In this document: positions 22,617-35,900 of the stretch, piece by piece
Layout: each line of letters begins with the position of its first letter
Position numbering within the stretch: the stretch's first letter is position 1
Origin: Chrysemys picta bellii
Taxonomy: Eukaryota
Length of the DNA: 64,000 bases
Direction of reading: 5' to 3'
Assembly (NCBI RefSeq): GCF_011386835.1
Contig: NC_088796.1
Location: 89,466,001-89,530,000, forward strand
The notes under the pieces: generated by a model
Database searches by the model: none
What the model was told of the DNA's origin: nothing
What the model saw: only the letters and a program-made list of their open reading frames with translations
Translations under genes and position numbers: made by a program

Positions 22617-24984
22617 GTTACCATCCACCATAGGAGGAGAAGTTATAGTCTAAACATTTGGGAGCCATGCCAGTAGTGCCGTGTAGCTGGTAGCCACATG
22701 TCTAGTTAGCCACGGAAAAGCTAAAAGAGCTGTCTTTCTGTCAAAAAGAGCAATACTGTACCTTCTGTTACCAGGTGTCAAATGGTAAATGCTGTGAAGC
22801 TAAAACTATACTGCATATTACAGGAAATACTCTAAGATTATTAAAAACAACAAATATTTCTCTATTTGTGCTGTTTGTGTGCTTATTGCACTTCACTCAT
22901 CTTGGATGATGAAACTAGATGGATCTCTTCTAGCCCCCCTACCCCATTACTGAGGGTTCAATAGGCCATTATTGCATTTTGGATTTTTTTATTCCAAGGA
23001 AATATTTGTGCCCCCATAATTGAATACCATCAAATTCTGAAACCAGTCCCCCATCCCCATCATCACTTTCATAGCCAAGGGTTCCCTGATCATCTGTACA
23101 ATCTTCTGGGGGAAGAAGACCAGGTGGCCTTCTACTTTTGTTCTTTAACTCTGTTCCCCTCTCATTTCCTTAGGAGTGTCTGGCTGGCCTGTGTAACCCC
23201 CCCCCCACCTTAATCTTTCAAGGGTAGCGAGATGGCACAGTCTCTGTGGTTCTAGGGCGCCTCCTCCTTGTGTAAATTCAGGGTTCAGGTAACTTTTGGG
23301 CCAAATCGTATATGCTATGACCCTTTCCCATCCCACACCTGCAGCAATGGCACCAGAAATGTCTCCTGTCCTTGAAGTACACTCTTGGGCTCAGACAGCT
23401 CAGAGTCCACTGGGCTAAAGAATAATGTGGTGCATTATAAACTTCTGAATTGCAAAAATACCTTGTTTGTTTATATGGAAGGCATTTCTCTAGCACTCCT
23501 CACCACTGTGTATGAGATCCATGTCCCATGGCAATCGCATACACTAGCTATCATGGACCAACAAGGCTTATATTTATATATAGCCATCGAGTACTGGTAT
23601 AGATGCAAAGATCTAATGTAGTATAAATATGTGCAATAGGAAGTATTGTTACAAGCCTCATTAATTTCATAGCAATATCAATGGCATTCAGGCTTATGAC
23701 CTCGGCAGAAAGTATAAGATAACAGGTGTAGCATCATTTCTTGTCATTCTACAGTGTATAACAAACAAAGCCTCTTCATTTTTACCTTCACATTTCATCT
23801 TTGAATTCAGATCAGATGGCGAGGTCCTTTATGCTTCTGTAGTTTCAAACTGCTGTATTTTTGTTCAGAGCCTGTAAAGCACTTTTAACATACATTGTTA
23901 TTATATGACTAATTCTTCAGCTGGATACCAGAGTTGTGTGGTTTTAGTGTGGCTGCCCTTTTTCTTTCCATCATTTATTATAGGACTGTAGAGAGAGATC
24001 TTTTTCCCTTAAAAAGCTGCTAGTCTGTTTAAAAATACACTGTATTCTTTGGGAACATTACTGACCTCATGCTTCTGATATGGGAGGTAATGAGTTAAAG
24101 GAAGCAGTCTGAAGCCTGAAACAGTCAATCAAAAATCTGTGAGCTCAATCAGAAAACCATTCACAGAGAGAAGGGGTTCATTTCCAGTCTGAAGTGACGT
24201 TCACACCTTGTTTGCTTGGAAACATCTTGCTCTTTCAATGGCACACTTCAGTTGGTAAACAACTATTAAAATTCTGAGCAGATCTGCATAGCTTGCAGGA
24301 AAACCTCAAAACAGCTGCAGTCTCCTTTCAGCAGATGGTAGTTAATAATAGTCTTTGTTCTGCAGGTTCTTCCATTTGCAACCACAAAATACAATAAACC
24401 CCACTTTTACCAGCTCTTTCAGGCATAGGAAAAGGTGCAGATCTGATCCATGGGGAGCAGGTTGCATGGTAACAAAAAGCTATTTTTTTAAAAGGCCATG
24501 TAGTGAAATTTCCTCCCTAGCCTATCTTCTTATTAACCATGTATGTTTTTTCAGTAGTCTGAAATAATGTTGCTGTCTAAGCATAAATCCTGTATAATTA
24601 CAGATGGAATAACTGTGGTATATTACCTTTGTATAGTTTGTTCATCATGCCAGCATTTTCAGTGTGCAGAGTTGTGCTACAAATCCTGTTGATGTCAGAA
24701 AAGGATATCATAGGCAATGCATCTGGGATTTCTGATTGAAAGAACAGTTCTATGTCTGGCTCAATCCACTGACTGTGGGAAAGCTTTAAGGTCAGTGAGT
24801 TTATGTGAACACTGGTGCACACTAAAATGCTGACAATATTCCATAGCACACATATTGTGTATCCCCCACACGGGCAAAAAAGCTGCTTTTGTCATTGTCT
24901 GGCATTCACTGAATGTGAGGAATTAAGTGGCTCTCCTTTATGCTGAGCACCAGTGAATATGCTGTGAAGAGCTAAGCTATTACT

Positions 24985-25130
24985 ATTATTATTAATCATA
25001 TTAATTACAGCAGTACATAAGGATCAACCAAGAATGGGGCCCATTGTGCTAGGCACTGTACAGACACAGAGCAATAGATGCTCCCTGACCTGAAGAGCTT
25101 ACAATCTAAACAGACAAGACAGATGCAGGG
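24985..25130 (-). mobile_element. L2/amniote-SINE-type 3' tail fragment
   Basis: GGCCCATTGTGCTAGGCACTGTACAGAC...CCTGAAGAGCTTACAATCTAA preceded by an (ATT)n tail. Confidence 0.6.
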
Positions 25131-25324
25131 GTGGGAAAGGGTAGAACTCACAAGCAGAGTGAACAATGTGATAGCAGCAAATGGCATGTTAGTGCCACAA
25201 TTTTTTTGTTTGGTCAGTTGGTTAAAAGGGGATTAACTAAATGGGACGAAAAGGGAAGGGAGAGGGCACATTGAAGGGAAGAGGGATAAGAGATAGCGGG
25301 AACAGGGCAGGGAAAAGAGAGTAA

Positions 25325-25570
25325 GGGTATGTCTACGTTTCAGCCAGGGGTGTGTGAATGGGCTGCTTGTGTAGACAGACCTGCACTGGATATACTCTCG
25401 CTACATACAAGCAATTATGTAGCCAGGGGTTTCAAGTGGGTTTGTACAGCTGAAAGCTGCAGCACAGCACCCTTGCTTCTATTTTTAGAAATCTAGCTAG
25501 AGTACAGCTAGCACAGGTATGTCTACACGAGCTGCCATCCTCACCCTTTCAGCTAACAGGGACAGGTATG
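25325..25570. mobile_element. PIF/Harbinger-like MITE remnant
   Basis: TAA followed by GGGTATGTCTAC terminus; internal GTGTAGACAGACC...GGTATGTCTACAC inverted motifs; far end degenerate. Confidence 0.45.
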
Positions 25571-26089
25571 GAGTGAAGAAGCTAAGGTGAAGACACTGAG
25601 GGAGAGGCAGGGGGAGGGTTGGAGCAAACAGCCAATCAGCACAGGGCAGAGTAAGTCCAGTCAAAACTGTAGAAAGTTCTCAACGTCCTAAGGTCCCAGC
25701 TTTGGTTGCTTCTGTTCCTGCTGGCTGGAGTCTTTGGCTGGCTCCTCTCTGCAGGTTTTTCTCTAGGGATGTGTATCGGGGGGGGGCACTATCTGGGTCC
25801 TAGAGCCCCCCGAGTGTGTGTGTGTGAGGTCTCCCCTACACAATTCTGGGTCGGGGGTACTGTGGGGATGGGTGGCCCTGGCTGGGCCCCATTTTGCTCT
25901 GTCCCTCCCACCCCCTGCTGCTGTCTTTGCTTTGGCTGCTTCGGTAGTTGGTACTACAAGCTTCCATCTGTAGCAGGATCCTTCCTGCAAGTAGCCATCT
26001 CCACACTGCCCTCTGGTGTTTTCTGATGGAAGGCCAGGGAAATTTACCAGCAAAGGCTATTGTTTTCAAAGTTTGCTGTTTACTGGGCC

Positions 26090-26470
26090 TTGATGCTTCC
26101 AGCAGGCTATTCTCATTGCATTCCTCAGCAGGTTGAGCCTCTCAGAGCGTCTCATGTCTGTGCTCCACACTCTCTGAATGCCAATTCAAGGCCCCTATCT
26201 TGATCTTCAAAGCCATCAATAGATCAGGATGCATTTACATCAGAAACTGCCTGACCCATCCATGACGCTCAAGATAGCTGCACTCCTCTGGGATGATGCA
26301 GCTGAAAAGAAAACAAGAGGGAAGCCTATGAGAGTCGGAAACAAAATGTTCTTGGCTGAAGAGGCTGGTTTGTGGATTGAGTTACTAGACAAGATTAGAT
26401 TGAGCCAAAGTCTCTCAGAGGTTAGAACACCCTGCAAGATCTCCCTGTTTTAGTAAAGCTTTCCCACCAT
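26090..26470 (+). mobile_element. L2-type LINE, degenerate ORF2 C-terminus
   Basis: QFKAPILIFKAIN and GLWIELLDKIRLSQSLSEVRTPCKISLF*KAF resemble the L2 ORF2 C-terminus (FK..LL.FKA; LWN.LP..IR...SL..FK..LKT.LF). Confidence 0.5.
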
Positions 26471-27653
26471 AACTAAATGGACAGATGAATAAATATGGCC
26501 TAATAGAGAAGGGCAGAGAATAAAATCCTCAATGGAGCCTATTTTGGACACTGGTGTACAGATCCAATTTGCTGACTTGCTGCTTAGATAGCACGGTGGT
26601 TGGGTAAAACACCCAAAAGAGATTTTGTATCTACTTGTATTAATGCTGATGTGTTGATTAAATAGCATTTTAATTAAAATTTTCAGCACAAAAATTAATG
26701 TAGGATTAATTTTTTTTTGTTCTCCATGAGAGGGTGCTGCTGTGCAATTATTCCCTGGTGCAGACGGGTATCTTTAAGCATAAGTAGCAAAGCTGTAGCA
26801 CTATTCTACCGATTGATCTCTCCACGAGTTGTAAATTCTAAACCCTATAATTCTGTATATTAATTGTCTCTCTCTCTCTTTTGTTTATCATCAGAATAAA
26901 TAAAGTCCCTTTTTATGAGTTTCATGTGCACCAAATATTGTCTGTTTACATTCCAGTATATTTAAGATATATTTGGGAGCATAAGAGTAGTGTTTATATG
27001 TTTTGTCCCTGGCAATCTTGTCCTTAAAAATGTTATTAGACAATAAAACAAAATACAGAATACATCAGTGAGCAATAATTTATTCCTTGTGTGGACTGTT
27101 AAGGTATGTTGGTTTTCTTCCATGTTGCTGTTTGACATTTCCCAATCCTTTTAAATTTCAGTAAATTTGCTTTGCATTGTGTTGTATTATTAGGGTTTTA
27201 TTATTATGTATCCCTAGATCAGCTGTGTTTTGAAATCATCTCAGACCAACATTACCAGATGCCCTGTTATACCAAAACAGGAGGTGTCAACTTGGCACCA
27301 TATGCATTTGTACTAGAGAAGCATTTTTGAATAGTGCTGTCTCATTGAATTTGATTTTTCTGCTTTATGTACCACCTCTATACCTGTCTATATAGCTACA
27401 ATGTTGTATTTCTTCCCCTGATAAACAAGTTAATATAAAATACCGTGGAACATGGGAAGTCAGTTCTCTCTTGTAATACATACCGATGTCTACATTCCAC
27501 CCCCACAGGTGCACGCACTGAAAGTTATTGAATAAGAACATGTGATATGGACAGGGCTCTCTCCACCCCAAATGCCAAACGTTGTTCTCAAGATGTAAAG
27601 TTGTGAAGAATCAGCAAGTGTGTACTGAGCAATTCAATGTAGTGTAAGCCTTA

Positions 27654-27909
27654 GGGCTAGTCTACGCTACTGCGCTACATCAGTGCAGCTGTAGTGTATC
27701 TGGTGAAGACGCACGATGCTGACAGGAGAGAGCTCTTCCATCAGCATAATTACTCCGCCTCAACAAGAGGCGGAAGCTATGTCGGCAGGAGAGCATCTCT
27801 CGCCGACATAGCGCGCTGTAGACGCCACTTTAAATCAATGTCACTTACGTCATGGGGGGGGGGGGCTTTTTCACACCCCTGTGCAACGTAAGTTGCATCA
27901 ACTTAAAGC
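27654..27909. mobile_element. PIF/Harbinger-like MITE, one end lost
   Basis: TTA then GGGCTAGTCTAC terminus; internal hairpins such as CTATGTCGGCAGGAGAG / CTCTCGCCGACATAG. Confidence 0.55.
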
Positions 27910-29019
27910 AATGTTCACATCGTGCTATACGTCAACTTAAACTTGAACTGCCATAGGAATGGAAGAAAATAGCAAACAACTGCACACCTCCATTGTCCTT
28001 TTCTGATGACCCACATTCTGTATGTTGTTGGACTCTAGATTACAGAGGGTACAGACAATACATCAGAGAAAAAGAGAGTAGAAGTAATTTACAATTTCTT
28101 CCATTTTTAAAAAATAATCTCTCCAGGAGTAGGGGCAAACTTCAAGCAGGTTACCATTGGATCCAGTAAGGTGTATTGTCTTCCAATTAAACTAAAGATG
28201 AGCCCAACATGTAAAGGTCAGATCCGGATCCCAACTTTTTCGCAGTGTTTGGATCCAAGGTTGTAGTCTGGACACATCTCTTCATTAAATATGCTGTACA
28301 TTAAGAGTTAGAAGTCATAGAAACCTACTATAAATATTAGAGCTCTGAGTCACACTGTGCATAGGAAAAAGGCTTCATCTGGGTTTTTCATCAGTTTTGT
28401 GAAAGAAAAAATACATGCCTTTGCTGCAGACATACAGAACCTATCCTGCCAAGCACAGACAAGTGGAACTTTATTCAGTGGGACTACTTGTGAGTAAAAT
28501 TATTCACGTGCATAAGTATTTGCAGTATAGGCCCCCTATAATTTATCTCAGAAAAACCCATCCCAAATTACTGCAAAAATCTATGCAAACTGCAGGAAAA
28601 AGTTTGAGAAAAATGAGACATAACAAATGTTGGTGAAATTAGGTGAAAAAAACACCACAAAAAACCCCCAACTAAACCCCAAAACGTAGCAACATTGTAT
28701 TTTCTGTTCTATCGTCAAAATAAAGCAAATTATGAAAATTTCCATGGAGGGTTGCTAACAATAATTTTGGATTCATAAGGTCTGAAGACTCAAGATTTTA
28801 AATATAAAAAACACACAAGCAGACCCTCCCCTTCCCGACCTGGCAATGAAGAGGAAGGCTATTAATTAAAAATGCTTGAGCAGCCCAGGCTTTCAGAGAC
28901 AGGAGAAGAGCAGCTGAAAAGCAAAATGAGTTATTACTATTGCCCAAACAGTTGAGTGGAATAAGTAGGGCTTTTATAACTATACTGTAGAAATCGCAAT
29001 ACTAGTGAGAAAGTAAATC

Positions 29020-29460
29020 CATTAGAAAAGAAGATGGGGGGATGACATTAATGTTGACTCAAATGACTGAGACACCAAACTTGCTTCTGAATCTCTCTTC
29101 AACAAGGAAAATATAGAAGAGCCAATGGAACAAATAGTAACCACAGAAAAGACCCTGCAAGAATAATTATTGATTTTTAAAAAGACAAAATAATATCTAG
29201 AAAAGCTGAACATATACAGGCCAGTTAGTCAGGATGATGTGCATCTCTGGGAATAAACGGAATTATTTTATGAATGTACTGATGACAGGTTTGTTTGTTT
29301 TTTGAAAAATCATGCACAACTGGAAAGGCGCTGACAGACATAAGAAAAAGAAATGTCATGCCAGTTTTCCAAAAAGGAAAGCATACTGATTGTAGCAGTG
29401 GCCACCCCATAAATCTATCTTCTGTCTTTTGTAAAAGCATGGAACAGATTCTGATCCCCG
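29020..29460 (+). mobile_element. Old CR1 LINE ORF2 fragment (RT N-terminal region)
   Basis: Degenerate YLEKLN...IFEKSCTTG...NVMPVFQKGK...HPINLSSVFCKSMEQIL matches the CR1 LEKL..KS.GPD...IF.KSW.TG..P.DW..ANV.PIFKKG...YRPISLTS...K.MEQI block. Confidence 0.75.
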
Positions 29461-29721
29461 TTCAAGAAAGCATCCATATTCATAGAAATCAAGCATGGGC
29501 ATAAGTGCTTTCCCAGATTTGAGCCACAGAGAGGAAAATAATATCTAGACCCAAGTCCTTGGCAACGGCTGAGGAACACACAGAAGCTCAGGAGGTGTCC
29601 AAGACCAAGATGACCATGATGTCAATGCCATAGATGGATAGACAAAATCAAATTCATGATCTTAATAATCATGGATTAATACTTCAAAGCTCAGGTGATT
29701 AGAAAATCCTTCCAGTGACAC

Positions 29722-30292
29722 CAGGGTGAATTAAGATATGCTAATTATTTCTTTGTTTAACAAATCAGTTAGTTTTAAGTGCAAAACATGTTTTGATAAA
29801 CTGTTTACACTTATTTGATTGTGTAGCTATAACATTTAAGGTAGTTTTATTTAATAAAACATATAATAAAATGCTGTTTTTGTGCACTTTGAATTGAATT
29901 TAAATTTCCATCCAACTAAGTTTGACACACACTGCATCTAAAAAATTAATCATCATCAGTTAGTAAATAAGAATTGAATTATTCACCATTTTCCAACATA
30001 ACCAAACATGTAAAAATTGAATCTGAATAAATTTATATTAAGCTATACATTTGCTTAAATAAAGTATACACTATATCCTCCAAGCTAGCAAAAAAAAGCA
30101 TCATATTTAGTGTATATGTAGTTGCAAATCAATGTTTTAATGGTTACCAATCAACGAGAAGCAACATTTCTTTAGAAAAATAACTAAAAAGTACAAATGC
30201 AAAACGAGATTAAAATTGAGGATTTCAATCAAGGTTTTCTGCTTGCTTATGAAATTATGATTAAAATCAGTGATTTAAATCAGTTCACCATA
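29722..30292. mobile_element. Degenerate AT-rich hAT-like non-autonomous element
   Basis: CAGGGTGAATT at the left and GATTTAAATCAGTTCACC at the right form degenerate inverted ends; no TSD found. Confidence 0.35.
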
Positions 30293-30838
30293 GAGTTTCA
30301 CTCAGGGTAAAGTGCACAGCAATTCCAACAGGGAAGCCAAAAATAAAGCAAGCATAAAAAATAAAAATAACCTTCCCTTATTTCTCAGGCCAGTTTCCAT
30401 ATATTTAAACTTTTATATCCTGAAGAAACTGGGGAGATATGAAGGAAACCATGACATACATTTCTGTATATTAAAAATAGGAAATGAATTTTACTCCTTA
30501 AAGTGCCCCAGTGGGTGTAGATATGGAACTGGAAAAAAATAAAAGAGATGTACAGAAATTTGGAATGATGAACAGCTCAACTGAAGCATGCAATCTATTG
30601 GCATCATGAAGAATATCAGGGTATTATTAATTGTGGTAATTTTGCCTGTTTAAAGAGAGAGCTCATATCTGGTGGGAATGTATATCTACTCTCTGCAGTT
30701 TTATTAAAGGGTTTCATAAACAAAGCCTCATTAAATGGAAGCTCTTCTGCATTCCATCATGCCCCTATCATCCAATCTGGGCAGATAAAGTCCTTGGCCT
30801 AAGCTTCTGATACTTAATTTTGTAGTGCAGACAAGGCC

Positions 30839-31319
30839 TAAGTCGACTTAAGTTAAGTCACTGTACAGCCACTGCAGTAATTACTATGGCGCTTCACGTG
30901 CCCACTATGCCCCCTCTGTTGGTGGTGCATGTTCTCCCCAAGAGCTTTTCTATTGACTTAACTGTGCGGAGCATTGTGGGGCACTTAGAGCTGCCCTCAG
31001 CCCTGGGGCTGACAGCTTGGGATGTGAGCTCTGCGTTGTGCTGACTGCTTGGGCTGTGGGCCCTGGGGCGGGGCAGGGGCCTCCAGCTATGAGTCTCGCA
31101 CCAGGCTGACAGCCAACAGACAATAAAAGTAATTCAGTGTCTACACAAACACTGCGTCACCCTAACTACATCGACATAAGCACTATACCGCTCGCAGAGG
31201 TAGAGTTATTAGGCTGGTGTAGTGAGTGACGCATCAGTGGGAGCAATGCTGTAGTGTAGACACTTACAGCGACCTAACTCTGCCTTACATCGCCCTAACT
31301 CTGTAATGTAGACCGAGCC
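30839..31319. mobile_element. PIF/Harbinger-like MITE remnant
   Basis: Right terminus GTAGACCGAGCC; internal GTGTCTACAC / GTGTAGACAC inverted motifs typical of turtle Harbinger-type MITEs. Confidence 0.5.
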
Positions 31320-32111
31320 TCAGTATGGTCCTGATTCAGGAAAGCCCATATAGTTAGGAAGGGCACTTAGAGAGAAGCATAGGGAGAAACAGATAGGTCT
31401 ATAATTGTTCAAGTCTGAACTTTGAGGAGAGATTTTGCTCTTTTAATTAGAGATGGGCAATCCTATTTTGTCTACTTCTGAACTCACTTAAATATCATGG
31501 CTTTGCAAGTTTGGCTCAGATTCTAATGTTGTTGGGTTTGATTTCTCCTTTGGATAGACCGTTAAAAACAAAGAAAAGGGTGCCACATATATTTTCCTGG
31601 TCTGCCAAAGAGAACTGAATCTCTCTCTCTCTCACTCACTCAGAATAAGGCTTTGATACAATGGATCTCCTCTCAGTTACACTGGAGAAAATCAGAAGTA
31701 ACTCAGTTGAAATAAGTGGGTCTGATCTTACACCCAGTGAAATCAATGGCAAACTCCCATTGATTCCAGTGGTCTAGGATCAGAGCCACAGGATTATACT
31801 GTGCGCAATCAGGCACCTTGCATTTATCATTATGCTAAGTGAGATTTTTGTTTTTGCCTTGTATTGTTCTGGTTCTCAGAGTGCTATAATTGTTTGTTTC
31901 TTTTTGATCTGTTGTATTCTAACACAGTTGGTTTGGTTTCTTTGTGGTTGTTTGTTTCATTTTGCAAAAATGTACTAGGAAAGAAAGTTAAAAATATCCA
32001 CTTTAAAATGATTTCCAAATCAAATCCGTCCTCGCTAATTGGACTGGGAGGAAATGAGAGAGTGGTGTTCTAAAGGGAGTGCTTTTTCATAAATCAGCAT
32101 TATGTGGGAAA

Positions 32112-32285
32112 GCATGTGGCAGAGGCTGCATAGTCTAATGGTTAGGGCATTGGACTGGGAGTCAGGAGAGCTGGTTCTATTCCCAGCTCTGTCTCTGGCC
32201 TGCTTTCTGACTTTGAGCAAGTTACTTTACTCCTCTGTTTCCGCTCTGATCCTTTGCCTGTCACGTCTCGTAAGATTACAGACTT
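32112..32285 (+). mobile_element. MIR/CORE-SINE with tRNA-like head
   Basis: A-box-like TAGTCTAATGG and B-box-like GGTTCTATTCC, followed by core TGACTTTGAGCAAGTTACTT. Confidence 0.7.
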
Positions 32286-32784
32286 TTTTGGGCAGAGACT
32301 ATTAAGCCTTGTTTACATTAGGGACATCATTCACATGTTTACTGCTCTTGCTGTTCCGTCCCAAGGCTGGGAACAATTCTAATAGCTACAGAGCTTAAAA
32401 TAGTCTGTGAGAGGCTTTTGAATGTTGCTGGTGTTGAGGGCAGATTTCATCCAATGCAAATGCAATTGCCAGTTTCACCCATGCCACATAGGACAATCTC
32501 TTTGAATATTTAGCCCAACATGTTTCTTTGCTTGCAAGAGAAAGATCCTCCCCTATTTACAGTCTTATTTCTGCTTTTTCCTGTCCTTTCTGATCTAGGC
32601 ACTACTTTCCCTGTGAAAATAAAGGCTTAATTTATACCCCCATGTCCTGGCATGTATATTCCACATGTAAAATTTAGGATAACAAATGGTTCTGTAATGA
32701 TAACCAGACTGTAATTCACTGAAGTAGCTCACTGATGTCATACAACCAATGCTCAACATTTCTTGAGTGGCTGTTCATTAGAGC

Positions 32785-32905
32785 GACTTAGTAGCTCAAG
32801 GGAATGGTAATGGGATATGGAGCCTTTCACCTCTAGATCACTGTGTCTAACCCAGTCCATGCTGATAGTTACTGGAAGTTGTTATGGTCTGATTCTGTTT
32901 GGCTG
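32785..32905 (+). mobile_element. LF-SINE-like 5' fragment
   Basis: GTAGCTCAAGGGAATGGTAATGGGATATGGAGCCTTTCACCTCTAGATCACTG...GAAGTTGTTATGGTCTGA resembles the tRNA-derived LF-SINE head as I recall it; not database-verified. Confidence 0.5.
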
Positions 32906-35900
32906 CCAGAGCATTCTGGTCCTCTGTTCTGTTGAAGCAGACCTCCTGTTAATAACTAACTAACAGGAATCAGGTTAAAGGGGGTATGGTGCTGTAGAGT
33001 CCTCCAAGCTCCACAGTGTGATATTTGATGGGGAAAACCCAAACTCTGAGTGGTTAAAGGCTCTGTCCCCCATTAACTATTCATTAATCCAGCCTTTAAA
33101 GGAAGTGAAGGGCAGGTCTGCAAGGCAATTGGTTGAGTAGGGGTAGGTCTGATTCTGTGTGGTACACTGGTGTGTAAATCAGGAATAACTGCATATAATT
33201 TGCTGGAGTTACACTACTGTAAAACTGGTGTAAGGGAGAGGAGAATCAATCCTATCAACTAAATTAGTGACTGGAAGGTGAGGAAAGGGTAACTTCCGAT
33301 TCCTGCATTTGGATTCCTCATTTTTTCCCCCTTCTATTCTCCATTTTCTTGCCATCCCTGGAAGAGCCTCTCCCTCCACCCCCGCAACTCAACAGGAAAC
33401 ATCACCCACTCTCCCTATTTTTGCCTTCTGAAGTGTGGGCAGGTATACCTGCCCTGTGTGCCTTAGACATCTCAACACTGCATCACAGACCGAGCACTTT
33501 TGTTCAGACATCTTTTTAAAGCTCTTTTTAAAAAAAGAAATGCACGCAATATGAAGCCTGAATAGCAGCATTTCTATCATCTGTTGTCATGACACACAGC
33601 TGACGTGGGAACACTCCTCAGCAACAAGGCTGATTGTTAGATGGATTTAATTTTGGTGCAGAATTCTGTTAGAAGAGGCTTTCAAAAATATATCTGGGTG
33701 GGAGGGAAACAGGTGGGCACTGGTTATGTGTATGAAAGAGGAGGAAGTAGCTGGTTAATTGTTAGTTCTGCCTATGCACCACTCCTTATCCACCAGCCCC
33801 TTGGTACCCTTTACAGGGGAGATTTCTGATACCTTCTTTCTCTCTCTGCTCTACCCCCTTATTTCTGGGGGCAGGTGCTTGTGGATCACACAATGCAAGG
33901 AGCACTGGGCATTGGATACCTGGATAGAACCATGATTTAGCTGTTTAATTTGTGCTCTGTTCAAGTGGTTGCATTACAGACATTTTTTTCTAACACCGGA
34001 AGGTGATGTTACCATTGTCCAGTGAAGGTCAGGTGAAGGAAGAAACCACCTGAGAAAGAATCCTGAGTGGCCAGATATTAAAATGACCAGTATCATTTGA
34101 GAGCATGTTGGATTGGTTTGCTTCTCAGAGGTAATGGGACCAGGTATCAAAACTTGGGGCTCTTTTCCCAGCTTTCCTGGGACAAACCATACATAATCTA
34201 GTTTTCAAAGGTGCTTGAGCACTCATGGCTCCTAAAGAAGTTGCTTCAATAGAAGTTGTGTCTTTGAAAATCAGGCTACTAACCCCTCTCTCTCTCTTTC
34301 TTCATCTACAAAGCATTCTATATTAAAACTTTGCTTATCTACATTAGTCATCTTTACAAATGATTTTACTCATCTGTGCTAGTTCACTCATCTATTTTAA
34401 TCCTTTCCTAGATCACAGGGATGTTATGAGACAATTAGTAATCAGTTAAAGGCTCAGAATTCCTTGAATGACAAGTACTATGTACTGTAAGTGCAAAGTA
34501 TGGCTCCTGGGAAATGTAATTCAGTGCATGGAACTCTTCTCTTTTCTAAATTGCCCTTTTTATTACCTGTGGGATAGTGGCAAATCTGGGGTTTCAGAAG
34601 CCCACCTACGATACTGGAATATTTGAAAAGGGTGTAGGGGAAAAATGTTGGTGCTTAACATCATAGGTGCGCCGCGCCATCTTGGAATGCCCAAACAACA
34701 ACTAGGGATCAATCTTGGCTGCCCTTCTTCCCCTCCCCAGGTGTAGTTTCCGGCCCTTTCTACTGAAAGGTGGGAAACCAAGCAAACTATGTGACCTGTA
34801 ATCTGCCCAGTAACAGCAGGGCATATAAGGGCTAGCACATCAGAAGGAAGGAGCTGCCCTTCTGAGTGGGCAGAGTCTGAAGGTGCTGCTGCAACTGTTG
34901 GAAAGCACAGCAGACACCTCAGCTCTCTAGATTGCCTCAGAGGAGTACACTGAGCAGTGCGCTCTTCCATCTGGTCGCGGGAGGGTAATTCTCACTTGCA
35001 TACAGAGAGTGTGTCACACCAGCTGCCACTCTTTCACTGAGGACAAACACCGTCCCACGACGTCACAGGGGGAGTACAAGCCAAGTCATCACTGGGGCAG
35101 AGCTATCATCACCTGATCCTGAGGTCCACTCCTTACCTGTGGGTCCCACTTACCTGGATGGAGTCCGGAGCTCTCCTGTCATTGCGAGGATCCTCAAAAC
35201 TGCAGGACATGTTAGTGGTCCATTAATCCTCCATCCTCTTACCTGGGTCCCGTCCTAGGGGAGGGAACTTATCCTCAGTCACAGTCAGCATACTGCTGGT
35301 CCTTTACTTATCTTATATCACCTGTTGTGGGGGTCCTTGCTTTATCTGTGTTCCTATTAGTTGGGTTTACCTCTGGTTTACCTTGTTTAGAACTGTTGAT
35401 GGTTTAATAAATACCTTGGTTGTTTACACCCACACATCCTTTTTGGTTTACCTTTTTTTAAGGGGCTAATAACAAACCCCGATGATGGATGCAGGTAGGG
35501 GGACGTTCCTCTAGACTGGTTCAACAAGGGGATTACAAATATTGGGGGTAAGTGGATTCAGAATAAAATGGGAGCAGAGAAGGGGGAAGAGAGATGTCCA
35601 TGGAAGGAGGTGACTTTGCTGATGGTTTGAATCTGAACTCAAAGGGGGCGGGATGCTTATAGAGGGCCTCCTGCAGAGTATTTCTGCTGAGTTAATGTGA
35701 TCACAAAGCATGTTCATGCCACAAGAAATGTGACACTTTCCAGCTTTTATTTCAGGTTTCCTTAGTTCAGTCAGGTGAGTTGGCTTTTCCTATCCAATTC
35801 CTGCTATTTCACTAATGATTGAAAGAGTTCTCTTTGAAGCAGTGTTTCTGGTTTGCAACCCAAATGAGGGTCTCTCTCTGGTTGGAGGGGTTTTACCCAC

